From: the human T2T-CHM13v2.0 reference genome, Homo sapiens
Reading direction: 5' to 3' (one strand)
Assembly: GCF_009914755.1 (NCBI RefSeq)
Contig: NC_060927.1
Length of the DNA stretch: 64,000 nucleotides
Of this stretch, positions 10,131 to 21,514 are shown piece by piece. A program made the position numbers and the translations under genes. Each line of letters opens with the position of its first letter. The stretch's first letter is position 1. The notes beneath the pieces are model-generated. The model saw only the letters and a list, made by a program, of their open reading frames with translations, was not told where the DNA came from and made no database searches.

Positions 10131-12832
10131 TGTATTGATTTGCTAGGGTTGCTGTAACAGAGTACCACAAACTGGGTGGATTAGTCCATTTTCTTGCCGC
10201 TGATAAAGACATACTCAAGACTAGGCAATTTACAAAAGAAAGAGGTTTAATTGGACTTACAGTTCCACGTGGCTGGGGAAGCCTCACAATAATGGCAGAA
10301 GGCAAGGAAGATCAAGTCCCATCTTACATGCATGGCAACAGGCAAAGAGAATGAGGAAGATGCAAAAGCAAAAACCCCTGATAAAACCATCAGATCTCGT
10401 GAGACTTATTCACTACCACAAGAATAGTATGGGAGAAACTGCCCCCATGATTCAATTATCTCCCACTGGGTCTCTCCCACAACATGTGGGAATTATGGGA
10501 GTACAATTCAAGATGAGATTTGGGTGGGGACATAGAGCCAAACCATATCATTCTTTCCCTAGCCCCTGCCAAATCTCATGTCCTCACATTTCAAAAACAA
10601 TCATGCCTTCCCAACAGTCCCCCAAAGTCTTAACTCATTTTAGCATTAATCAAAAGTCCACAGTCTAAAGTGTCATCTGAGACAAGGCAAGTCCCCTCTG
10701 CCTATGAACTTGTAAAATCAAAAGCAAGCTAGTTATTTCCTAGATACAATGGGGATGCAGACATTGGGTAAATACAACCGTTCCAAATGGGAGAAATTGG
10801 CCAAAACAAAAGGGCTACAGGGCCCATGCAAGTCCAAAATCCAGTGTGGCTGTCAAATCTTAAAGCTCCAATATGATCTCTTTTGACTCCATGTCTCATA
10901 TCCAGGTCACCCTGATGCAAGAGGTAGGTTCCCATGGTCTCGGGAAGCTCCACCTCTGTTGCTTTGCAGGGTACAGCCTCCCTCCCAGCTGCTTTCATGG
11001 GCTGATGTTGAGTACCTGCAGCTTTTCCAGGCACAGGTGCAAGTGTCAGTGGATCTAGCATTCTGGGGTCTGGAAGACAGTGGCTCTCTTCTCACAGCTC
11101 CACTAGGCGATTCCCCAGTAGGGACTCTGTGTGGGGGCTCCGACCCCACATTTCCCTTCTGCACTGCCCTAGCAGAGGTTCTCCATGAGAGCCACTCCCC
11201 TGCAGCAAACTTTTGCCTGGGCATCCAGGCATTTCCATACATGTTCTGAAATTCAGGTGGAGGTTTCCAAACCTCAATTCTTGACTTCTGTGCACCTGCA
11301 GGCTCAATGCCATGTGGAAGCCACCAAGACTTGGCGCTTGCACCATCTGAAGCCATGGCCTGAGCTCTATGTTGGCCCCTTTCAGCCATGGCTGGAGCAG
11401 CTGGGATGCAGGGCACCAAGTCCCTAGGCTGCACACAGCTCAGAGGTCCAGCCCATGAAACCATGTTTTTCCTTCTAGGCCTCAGGTCCTATGATGGGAG
11501 GGGCTGCCATGAAGACCTCTGAACATGCCCTGGAGACATTTTCCCATTGTCTTGGGGATTAACATTGGGCTTCTCGTTACTTATGAAAATTTCTACAATT
11601 GACTGGAATTTCTCCTCAGAAAATGGGATTTTCTTTTCTATCGCATTGTCAGGCTGCAAATTTTTCAAACTTATCTGCTCTGTTTCCCTTTTAAAACTGA
11701 ATGCTTTTAACAGCACCCAAGTCATCTCTTGAATGCTTTGCTGCTTAGAAATTTCTTCCACCAGATACCCTAAATCATCTCTCTCAAGTTCAAAGTCCCA
11801 CAAGTGTCTAGGGCAGGGGCAAAATGCTGCCAGTCTCTGCTAAAATATAACAAGAGTCACCTTTGCTCCGGTTCCCAACAAGTTCCTCATCTCCATCTAA
11901 GACCACCTCAGCCTGGAGCTTATTGCCCATATCACTATCAGCATTTTGGGCAAAGCCATTCAACAAGTCTCTAGGAAGTTTCAAACTTTCCCACATTTTC
12001 CTGTCTTCTTCTGAGCCCTCCAAACTGTTCCAACCTCTGCCTGTTTCCCAATTCCAAAGTCACTTCCACATTTTTGGGTATCTTTTCAGCAATGCCCCAC
12101 TCTACTGGTACCAATTCACTGTATTAGTATGTTTTCATGCTGCTGATAAAGACATACCCCAGACTGGGCAATTTACAAAAGAAAGAGGTTTAATTGGACC
12201 TCTTACCATCCTGTCTTACATGGATGGCAGCAGGCAAAGAGAGAATGAGGAAGCCGTAAAAGCGGAAACCCCTGAGAAAACCATCAGATCTTGTGAGACG
12301 TATTCACAACCACGAGAACAGTGTGGGGGAAACCACCCCCATCATTCAATTATCTGCTACTGGGTCCCTCCCACAACATGTGGGAATTATGGGAGTACAA
12401 TTCAAGATGAGATTTGGATGGGAACACAGAGCCAAACCATATCACTGGGAATCTGGGAACAAAAACTTATTGTCTCACGTTTATGGATGCCAGAAATATG
12501 AAATCAAGGTGTTGGCAGGTCCAGGTTCCCTCTGAAGGCTCTAGGAAAGGCTCCGTTCCAGGATTCTCTCCTAGCTTCCTGTAGTTCCTTGGCCTGGGGC
12601 TGCACAACTCTATTTTCACATGAGATTCTCTCAGTATACATATTTCTGTGCCACAATTTTCCCTTTATACGAGTACACTAATCATATCGGATGCGGAACC
12701 ACCCTAATGACATTTTAAAACTTGATTACCTCTGTAAAGATTCTATCTCCCAATAATTCACATACTGAGATTCTAAGTGTTAGGATATCAATGTATTTTT
12801 TTTATGTAGAGGACACAATTCAACCCATAAAA
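10131..12832 (-). mobile_element. MLT1B/C-like MaLR LTR split by the THE1C insertion (pieces 10131-10176 and 12445-12832)
   Basis: tgtattgatttgctagggttgctgtaacagagtaccacaaactggg resumes after THE1 as aaaacttattgtctcac...ggacacaattcaacccataa. Confidence 0.85.
10177..12444 (-). mobile_element. Full-length THE1C MaLR element: 3' LTR 10177-10550, internal 10551-12119, 5' LTR 12120-12444, TSD CTGGG
   Basis: Two similar LTRs ending ccaaaccatatca; ~1.57-kb internal region starting (minus strand) gtgaattggtaccagtagagtgggg; identical 5-bp CTGGG at 10172-10176 and 12445-12449. Confidence 0.92.
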
Positions 12833-13279
12833 TATATTTGATATGTGTTTTCATTGTATTAATTGTTCATTGGTTAATATTTAATTCAGCTAGTCAAATT
12901 ATTGAAGAACAATTTAAGTTACCAATAATTTAGACCACTGAGATACACAGTTTTTAAATGATCAGAAAATATTCAAATATCTGTTTTATCTTTGCATATA
13001 TAATGATATTTATACATATGTGTGTGTATACATGTATACATGTATTTAAAATGCAGTAACTTCTAATGATGGATCAGATTTGGTTGAGGTCAGAAAGCTG
13101 AGCATACATAGTAGTAACTGCTAGTTTATTGAGTGACAAAGCACTTTAACTCTGAAACATCTATTAATAGATGGTAGCATTACAGAATTAAAGCTTTCAA
13201 TCAGTTCTCAGTAACATCTATCTGTACTGGGTATCCAGACATACAAATAATGGGATTTTGACGAGGTGAAGAATCCGTG

Positions 13280-13445
13280 GTCTTAGAGGCAAAACAAACA
13301 GTGTTTGATAGTCAATGCTGTCTCTCACCTTCTGAGTGGCTTGGGTGAGGTGTTGAACCTCTTCCCGCACTTCTCTGAAGCTTTTCTGGGTTTAAAATGG
13401 GATTAACATGTTCCATGTCTCTCATGGGATTGTTGGATGAGAGTC
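13280..13445 (+). mobile_element. MIR fragment just upstream of the exon 2 acceptor
   Basis: gtggcttgggtgagg...ttctctgaagcttttc...taaaatgggattaac...ctcatgggattgtt. Confidence 0.55.
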
Positions 13446-13499
13446 TATGATTGGGCAAATATACAATCTTAATAATACATTATTATGGGTTTGTTATTT

Positions 13500-13539
13500 A
13501 AATAATGATCCTTTTTGTTTTTTCCCCCTTATTTTCTAG
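13500..13539 (+). promoter_or_regulatory. 3' splice site of the upstream intron (candidate branch A near 13505/13508, pyrimidine tract, AG)
   Basis: taatgat followed by a ~27-nt almost pure pyrimidine tract and TAG directly before the exon. Confidence 0.85.
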
Positions 13540-13662
13540 TCAATAAGCACAAGCCATGGATCGAGACTTCATATCATGGAGTCATAACTGAGAACAATGA
13601 CACAGTCATTTTGGACCCACCACTGGTAGCCCTGGATAAAGATGCACCGGTTCCTTTTGCAG
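13540..13662 (+). CDS. CLSTN2: Calsyntenin-2 internal coding exon (exon 2; N-terminal part of first cadherin-like domain), 123 bp, phase 1-1
   Basis: Polypyrimidine tract plus TAG acceptor (ctttttgttttttcccccttattttctag, AG 13538-13539) and donor GCAG|gtgaga (GT 13663-13664). Translation NKHKPWIETSYHGVITENNDTVILDPPLVALDKDAPVPFA matches the calsyntenin N-terminus and, from memory, the CLSTN2 paralogue. The 13515..13778 ORF in the track is this exon plus intronic read-through. Confidence 0.95.
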
Positions 13663-15096
13663 GTGAGATTATGGCTTCGTACGGCTGGGCCTGGCTCACT
13701 TTGAAGATGTGCTGTGAAACCTCCACAAAGCCCAGAATATGGCTTTATAGCTATTGTCACCACCCTGTGCATCTCTAGATCAGCCTGTGATGTTAAAGCT
13801 GTATGCCTCTTATTTCTGGGATGGATTCTGGCTGTCCTTATGTTTTTGTTTGTTTGTTTTTTCCTTCATGTTGCCTCCAGTGCAAGACCCTTGTTTCTTC
13901 TTCTTCTAAGGAGTGGTAAATTGCTGAAGTGGCCTGTGGAGTTGGAGAAGTTGGGCTAGTAAGGTTCTTAGGGGAATTTTACCCATAGAGAGAAGACCTA
14001 TTGGCCGACTACCCACATGTAATTGATAAGTGGAGACTCATAGCTTGGTACATTGGCAAGAGAAAAGAGAGAGAAAAAAAGACCAGGAAATATCTGCTAA
14101 GAGTGGCACAGGGTCTTGTCCTTGAGCTTCCAAGTGGGTGTGTCTCTGCAGGAGGAATCCCAAGGCAGTGCCATATTTCCCTCTTGTGGCTAGAGAGCCT
14201 CTCACTATCATCAAGGCTACCTCTGTTTCCTCCTCGGACCCTCTTCGAGGGGTAGGCCCCAGGAGGGGTGAGTGAGGAACTCGGCTATGCTTCATGCTTC
14301 CATGGATTTTGGCAAAGAGAAGGGACTGGTCATGGCAGTGGGAGGAGGGATTAGACAAAGGATTTCTGAAGATGCCTGCATCATGAGTAATATTGTTAAC
14401 ATTTTATAACTGTCCGGAGAAAGACAGGAAATTTAATGAAGGTTTTCAAGATTTCTAGAAGATTGTTTTATGATAGATGGGTGCCAGGCTGAGGTTTTCA
14501 CCAGGATGAAGTCTATTTTTTTCTGACAGTTTGCCTGCTACATTATGAGCTGCTTGGGCAGAGAAAAGGGGGTTCTTTTGCACTTCTAAGAGATAAGCTT
14601 TGTGAAGACATCTTTCATTATGGAATATTATAAAGCATGGAGCGAGAAGGTAGTTATATTAAATGGGGAAATTCAGTATTATGTGAAGATAAACCCATAA
14701 GCATTCTTGCAAAGAGTGAGGGAGATACTCTATTCTCAGAAGAAAGCTTTATTTTATGTAGAATGAAAACCACTAAGGGTACCTGTGACTTCCGTGATGT
14801 TTAGAATTGAGGCATTTCCATACATTTCCCAATCACCCTTAGAAGTCCCAGTTTTACCAAATGCCTGTTGGAAGTATAAACTCCTTGCAGTCTTTACCAC
14901 AAAAGATGAAGTATCTTCCCTAAACCTTCTTTGCCAGTCTAGGAAGACTCTAACACATCTCTTTCTTGGACATAGCTAATAATGGTATTAGTCAGTAATT
15001 ATCAGCAACCTCCGGAAATGAGATTTTTAAACAAATATTAGTAAAAATGTTTGGGTCATGGAAATGTTTGGTTTATTATGCACTTAAAAAAATAGA

Positions 15097-15380
15097 TGCC
15101 AGATATAGTGGCTCATGCCTGCAACCCCAGCACTTTGGGAGGCTGAGGCAGGAGAATCATTTGAGGCCAGAAGTTCAAGACAAGCCTGGGCAACATAATC
15201 AGAACCCATCTCTACAAAATAATAATAATAATAATTAGCTGGGCATGGTGGTGCATGCCTGGTCCTAGTTTCTCAGGAAGCCGAGGCAGGAGGATCGCTT
15301 GACTCAAGGAATTTTAGATGGCTGCTGTGAACTCTGATTGCACCAACTGCACTCTATCCTGTGTGACAGAGCAAAAAATA
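15097..15380 (+). mobile_element. AluJ with (AAT)n middle linker
   Basis: Dimeric Alu with J-type ggaggatcgcttga and agcctgggcaacata; heavily diverged. Confidence 0.92.
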
Positions 15381-15384
15381 AATA

Positions 15385-15490
15385 GAAACAACATTTAGAA
15401 ATTGAGAGATTTAGCATAAAAATGCAGGATTATGGTTTATCTTGATAAATCTGAAATACACAGCTGAATAGTGGCTTTCCTTTTTCCACT
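15385..15490 (-). mobile_element. MER102-like hAT-Charlie fragment (probably interrupted by the AluJ)
   Basis: gagatttagcataaaaatgcaggattatggtttatcttgataaatctgaa resembles the remembered MER102 core. Confidence 0.5.
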
Positions 15491-16759
15491 GAGCATGAAC
15501 CCCTCACTTCCCTCATCCCCTTTCCTCCCAGCCTATATGCAGAGGCCCTTCCACCAAGAAGATCCTCTCATTCACCTTTCCATCTGAACATATGACCCCT
15601 CTTTCAAATATGACAGAGAAAAATAAAAGACAAACAGGAAGTAATCAGATGACATGAAGTCATTGCAGTGTCCTGAGGCTGGCACTTTAAAAGATGAGCA
15701 ATGTGTCTGATTGTATGTCTGCCTTTAATGTCCTGTTCTCATCTAATAGTGAAAGGGAAACCGAAGTCGTTGAATAAGCTGTTCTACAGTAAAGTTATAA
15801 GCTCTCTAATGTACAGACCACAATAGAAAAAAAAAATACCTCAAGCAAATCTGGTATTTGAAAGTTTGGACTTACAAAAGGTTATTTAAGTTTGTTGGTT
15901 ATAGGGCCGAAGAAGAATTAAATGTTTCATCTGAAGACTCACAAAAGGATTTCCTTAAGTCAGAAACCCACCAAATGCCTTTAAACTTGAATTAGTATTC
16001 TGACCATTAGATGCACCCACAACTGTTCAGACACTTCTTGAAACCATAGTTTCCTTCTAAGCCAAGTCTTGAGTAGTTATTTCCATTTAAAGACAACTTC
16101 TATACTTCTATGATTTGCAGCTGCCTTAAAAGAGTCTAGCTTAATGCATCAAGATATAATCCTCTGAGCTCTTAGGAGTAAAAAATAAAGGTGGTTTTAG
16201 AATGGCCAGAGCTATTTTTCTCAGTGTTATTTATGATCAGCTCTAAGACAGGACACAGGCACTAGCCATCCATCCATGCTGCAGGCGTTTATTTTAAAAC
16301 ATTTATCTTAAAAAGAAAATACCGAAGATTTATTTCAGATCCCTATCGTTCTCATAAAATTGAAAAATTCATATCTGCCAACTCCATCACTCCTCGAAGT
16401 CAACTGAAGCTTTTAGTCCTCGCTTATCAGCTGCTTTTGTATTGTGTGTCAGTTTTCCCACCCCTTTCCCAGTGGTCTTTATTTCTCATTTAGCCCAGGA
16501 GGTAGGCTCTAAGCTTTGTGGAAAACAATTTCATCCATACCATTTGTGCTCTTATTTCTCTTATCTGTCTCCCCCTTTAATTTTTTTTAAGAAAAATGTT
16601 TTACACATAGATTCTGCCATCTTACACATATCATTTAGAATCATACATGATCTCACGTGATTTTTATTTAAATAAATATTATGATTGCATTTTGTATATA
16701 AGTGCAAAATTCAAAGATTTAACATAGCTTTTATGGTATATCTCCTGATTATGACAAAA

Positions 16760-17208
16760 ACAAGTGAGATATACAAGTATTTATTGTAGAAACTGTGGAA
16801 AATACAGTGAAACACACAGTAAAAGCATGAGGTATATGTTTTCACAACCCCAGAAAGGCTCTTTTAACATTTTAGTATATTTCCTTCTTGTCATTTTTCT
16901 ACCTTTTTTTTTTTCAAAAATTGTGATCATGCTGGGTGCTCATGCTTGTAGTCCCAGCACTTTGGGAGGCTGAGGAGGGGAGGATTGCTTGAGCCCAGGA
17001 GTTTGATACCGGCCTGGGAAACATGGTAAGATCTTGTCTCTACAAAATAACAATAATAATAATAATTAATAATTAGCTGGGTGTGTTGGCACATACCTAT
17101 AGTTCCAGCTACTCAGGAGGCTCAGGTAGGAGGATCAATTGATCCTAGGAAGTTGAGGCTGCAGTGAGCTGAGATTGTTCCACTGCACTCCAGAGCAAGA
17201 CCCTATCT

Positions 17209-17246
<38 letters not shown>

Positions 17247-17560
17247 GCTATTATACCTCATTTTGAATACTATACCTTATTTTTTCACATTAATGAAAAT
17301 TTGCCATTTTATTACATATTTTTCTGAAACTTTTTAAATGACTACATGATTTCCTATTTAATGAGTGTTCTAGAGTTTACCATTCTCTGACTGGCAGTTT
17401 GTCTATTTCCAATTCTCTTTTATTATAACATGTGTCCACATTTCAGATTCTGTTGTTTGGATGGATTTCCAGAATTTTAGTTGGCCAAACATTTTAAAGG
17501 TTCTAAAACATGTTAAATTGCTTTCCAGAAAAGTTGTATGAGTTTGCAGTTTCATTCACA
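16760..17560 (-). mobile_element. Ancient L1ME 3' end fragment split by an AluJ
   Basis: ttattgtagaaactgtggaaaatacag...ttaacattttagtatatttccttc...ctttccagaaaagttgta. Confidence 0.6.
16931..17242 (+). mobile_element. AluJ with (AAT)n linker and A33 tail
   Basis: ggattgcttgagcccaggagttt...gttgaggctgcagtgagct...agaccctatctc plus A-run 17210-17242. Confidence 0.93.
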
Positions 17561-18664
17561 CCACCCAAGTCGCTCAGTCCCTGGCCGTCATAAGGTTCAT
17601 TCTGATGGTGTGATTTAGTAGTAGCCTTGCTGTCATCATCTGTAAAAGAATATAAGCTTTCCAGGGCTGTTTGTTGTTTTGATGAAATTTAAAGAGTGTC
17701 TATGACACATCTTGCAATGATTCAAGATATAGGAGAAGTTTAATAAATTTGCGTTTCCTATTCCATACCCTCCTCCCTGCCAGTTGGCAGGGGAGATAAC
17801 TAACTCAGAGACGCTAAGCAACTTGCCCAGAATCCCAGAACAGGCTAGCCTGGGGTTGAATCTAGAGCCAGGGCTTCTCAGCACTTACTCTAAGTTCTCT
17901 TTCCCTGTGATGTTTCCTTTTCATCTCTGCCCTACCTGATTAGTAAAGTGCTGATGCTCAGTCAGTGAAACCTCCCTCAGACTTCAGTCAAGTCCACTAG
18001 ACTTGTCTCAATTCTTAACCCAGTGTCTGAGCTCTGTAGATTTGACCTTCTTAGAGAATCAGATACAGAAAAGAAAATCCTTGAGTAATAATGAAAATGC
18101 TGTCCGCTGCATGGCAAAAAATGATAATGAAAGCAAGCTGGGCACACCATGAACTTATTAATTTCTACCTGTGCCCCACCGAGGTCTGTTAGGAAACTGT
18201 GGAGACTTTTAAATTTCAAGGGAATTAGATTGCCTTTCAGAGATGATAGAACTGCTCATTTGTCTACATTGGGCCAGTCTGGACTTGTCTTTTATAAGGA
18301 CAGGGCTGCAGAGAATGATCAGGCATAATTGGCTGACTTCTCAAGCTGGGTGACTCTCTGAGGGCTGCCCAGAAAATTGCCTGGGACGTGATTTGGCCTG
18401 GTTTTGATTAGCTGGTTACAGTGCTGGTTGCAGCTGGGAATGCTCTTTCATACATGGTTAACTCTGTTTGTCCTTTTGTTCAGGGCCTGCTAGTGTATCT
18501 GCCTCCTTATCTTGGGACCTGCCTCAGGGTCTTGTTCATGCCTCAGGCCCTATAGGTGCCTGATGGCAAAGACCCTCCCACAGGGATTGGGATAGACCCT
18601 TGGCAAAGCCTCTCCCACATGCTTGGGATAGCCATGTGTCTTATAGTGAGAAGGGAAGGCAGAC

Positions 18665-18900
18665 ATTGTGAATGGTCACAGGGCTTTGGCCCAAACTCAC
18701 ATAGGCTCTGCCACTTACTAGCTGTATGATCTCAGATAAGTCACTGAACTACTCTGAGGGACAGTTTCCTTATATTTAAAATGGGGGTAATCATAGTACC
18801 CACTCCTGGTGTTAATATGTAGATTAAGTAAGATACTAATGCAAAGTGCCTAGAGCTCTCTCTGGTAGCCAGTAGACACCCAATAAATCATAGTTGTGAT
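18665..18900 (+). mobile_element. MIR (near full length)
   Basis: ggctctgccacttactagctgtatgatctcagataagtcact...cagtttccttatatttaaaatggggg. Confidence 0.8.
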
Positions 18901-19329
18901 AATCATAGCAATGATAATAATGAGGGTAATCAGAGTAATTGAAATTTGTATTATTATCAGTAAGCCACAAGTGTTTGATTCATTTGGGTTGATTACAATA
19001 GTGCAATTATAATCTGTGATTTTTTTTAAAAAAGAGAAAAGTTTTGAGTTTGTTCTAAGGCTTGATCACCCATTTGTACTGTCAAGGTATGTTGCCTAGA
19101 TTGTTGGGTAGTGTAATGGTGTGGGACAGTCAGTTAAATAATGTAAGGGAAAATAGCTTGAAAATTGTTCAGGATTCTACAAATAAATATCAGTTAAGAA
19201 TAAATTTTCTTACATTCTACCTATAATGTATCCCTATGGAATAATCTATTAGTTGAAAGATACAGTTTCAGACTGTTGCAAACCATGTGTCCTTTTATTA
19301 CACACACACACACACTTATGTCCAAACCT

Positions 19330-19500
19330 TACCAACCTTGGGGAACAGGTAGGTCAGCTATTATGATTCTGTTTTGCAAATGAAGACATTGAGGCTTTGG
19401 GAAATTTCAAATACTGTTCAAGCTTACCTAGCCAGGATGGATCAGTCCTGCCATTCAGTTCCATACTCTCAGACTCCAAGTCCTGCCTTCTTTCTCCTCT
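19330..19500 (-). mobile_element. MIR fragment
   Basis: ctgttttgcaaatgaagacattgaggct...tctcagactccaagtcc. Confidence 0.6.
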
Positions 19501-20862
19501 GCCAGTTTTCCAGTGTGTAGGACTTATGTCATTGGAAGTACAAGATTTACATGATACACAGATATAGCATTAAAGAGTGCTGAATCCCATGCTGAGTGAG
19601 TCATTCCCCTTTAAATTCTCTTTCTGATCATGTCCAGGAGAAAGGTGCAGCTTGGGAAGTTCAAGACATCTTCAATACCACTCAAATACTTGTTAATCTC
19701 TCTTTTTGACAAAGAGGAAGCAAGTTATATCACCAAGCCTTCAGTAAGCAACAACATCAAGCTAGAATTTTAATAATATTCGGTTGTATTTTATTTAGGT
19801 TATTCTCTATTCAAGGCAAGGATTGCTGGCTTTTCATTTTAGTCATTCTCTTTTAAAATAAATGCACTAGAGTTTTTAAAAACACCAAATTAAAAAAAAA
19901 GTAAACTAATATTTAGGCAGTTTATGGAAGCAGCAAAAATGATGAAAGAGGTCTGTGAGTGAGAACCACATGGGATATTGGGGAATAACCACATCAGGAC
20001 CTCATTTCCCTATCCAGCGCCTTCAGGATCATGGGCACAGGACCCAGCCTTCTTCAGTCTGTCCTGCCCCACAGCTCTCTGAGCTCGGACCTCGCAGCAG
20101 AGATGCCATCCACATTAATCTCACAGTAGATGTGCCTTTGCATTCCAAGCTGGTTTGTTTGGGGGCCATTCCTGAGGACCAGAAGGCAGGGTGTCCCCTG
20201 GTATCCCACTCTGCTTCCCACCCAGTCATGAGGCTTCAGCCAAAGGTCAATTCTTCACCCTCCCTGCAGAAAATCAGCTTCAGACCTATCTGGAATCCAC
20301 CATCTGGGCTACTGCCTCTCACCTACAAGAGTCTATTGTGTACTTCTCCATCATATTCTGTGCTCAACCTTGATGCCCCAGTTCTGTCCATGGCATCCTG
20401 ATTGGAAGGAGTTTACTGGCAGTAGCTGGGGACCTGTGAAGATGGGCATACACAGCTCCTCCTGTGCTGAGTGGTCAGAGACAGGCTCTGAGGGCACAAA
20501 GCCCATGGAGGAAAGCTGAAGAGGTTGCCTCAAGGGGATGGCTAGAGGAGGGACTAAGAGCCAGAGTACAGAGGAAGGATGACAGGTGCAGGCTTCAGTG
20601 AGCCAAGAAGAGGGTAAAAGGTCCCAGGTAAATACCTACAGCAGGGACCATGGGTTTCATGGTCTGATTGATGGTAGAAGGTGAGGGATGGGGTCAGCAA
20701 GGCCTGTCACACCCATGCACCAGTGACCCTTACCCAGAGCTTTTGGATTTTCTTAATAAGAAGACTATTGATAGATCCTGCTTTAGGCCAAACTAATGTT
20801 TAGGGGACAATCAGTGGATACTTTTGGGCCATTTTCCCTCATTAAGGTTGAAAGGGGACACC

Positions 20863-20975
20863 CAGGGAGACAGACTATCCTGGTTTGCTTGGAAAGGAAG
20901 GATTTCCTGGGATGTGTGACTTCTAGTGCCCAAACCAGGAAGGTCCTCGTAAACCAGAGTGAGTTGGTCACTCTA
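20863..20975 (+). mobile_element. MER81-like hAT-Blackjack MITE
   Basis: ~113 bp: caggg..tcctggtttgc...gatttcctgggatgtgtgactt...gagttggtcactcta with terminal inverted repeats. Confidence 0.75.
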
Positions 20976-21149
20976 ACAGGAGACATGTGGAGTTTCAGGT
21001 TAGAACACTTGAGCACTGGCACTAAGAGATTGCTTGAGAGAAGCAGTTGAATGTAGGAATTTCAAGTTTTCTGGGACTCTGAGTTAATGACAATACTCTA
21101 CTAAAACAAGATGAAAAGTGAATAATGAAATCAATAGTAATAGCAGATC

Positions 21150-21330
21150 TGGTGCCAGCCTATATACTAACTGTGCAAATTAGAAACAGGTGCCCCTTCT
21201 TATAGATGGACACTGTCTCACTCCAGAGCCCATGGCTTGGCAAGTAGAGAAAAAGGTGGATTTCTGCCCCTACTTGCCCCCTGGGCCATACATCATTGTA
21301 CTGAAAACAACTTGTACACAACAGCACTGA
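21150..21330. mobile_element. MER91-like hAT-Tip100 MITE
   Basis: tgtgcaaattagaaacaggtgcccctt...ggatttctgcccc. Confidence 0.6.
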
Positions 21331-21334
21331 AAAT

Positions 21335-21512
21335 TAGCTAATGTTTATACATACCAGGCATTATTTTGCACACACTATATCATAATTTTAACAACAATCC
21401 TCTGAAATAGGCATTATTATTATTTTATAGGAGAGACCGATGTTAAGTCAGATTATATAATTTGCCAAGAACACAGTAGTAATGGTGAAGTTGTAATTTC
21501 AGCCCAGATGTC
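21335..21512 (-). mobile_element. MIR
   Basis: acaacaatcctctgaaataggcattattat...aatttgccaagaacacag. Confidence 0.65.
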
Positions 21513-21514
21513 TG

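Noticed and set aside
10096-12535. Dense overlapping ORFs up to 212 aa
   Set aside because: All lie within THE1C LTR or internal sequence, which commonly yields spurious ORFs
13515-13778. 87-aa ORF as a standalone gene
   Set aside because: Only 13540-13662 is exonic; the flanks are polypyrimidine tract and intron
19955-20401. 148-aa ORF in non-repeat sequence
   Set aside because: GTG start, no recognisable domain or convincing exon boundaries; this length can arise by chance in 64 kb
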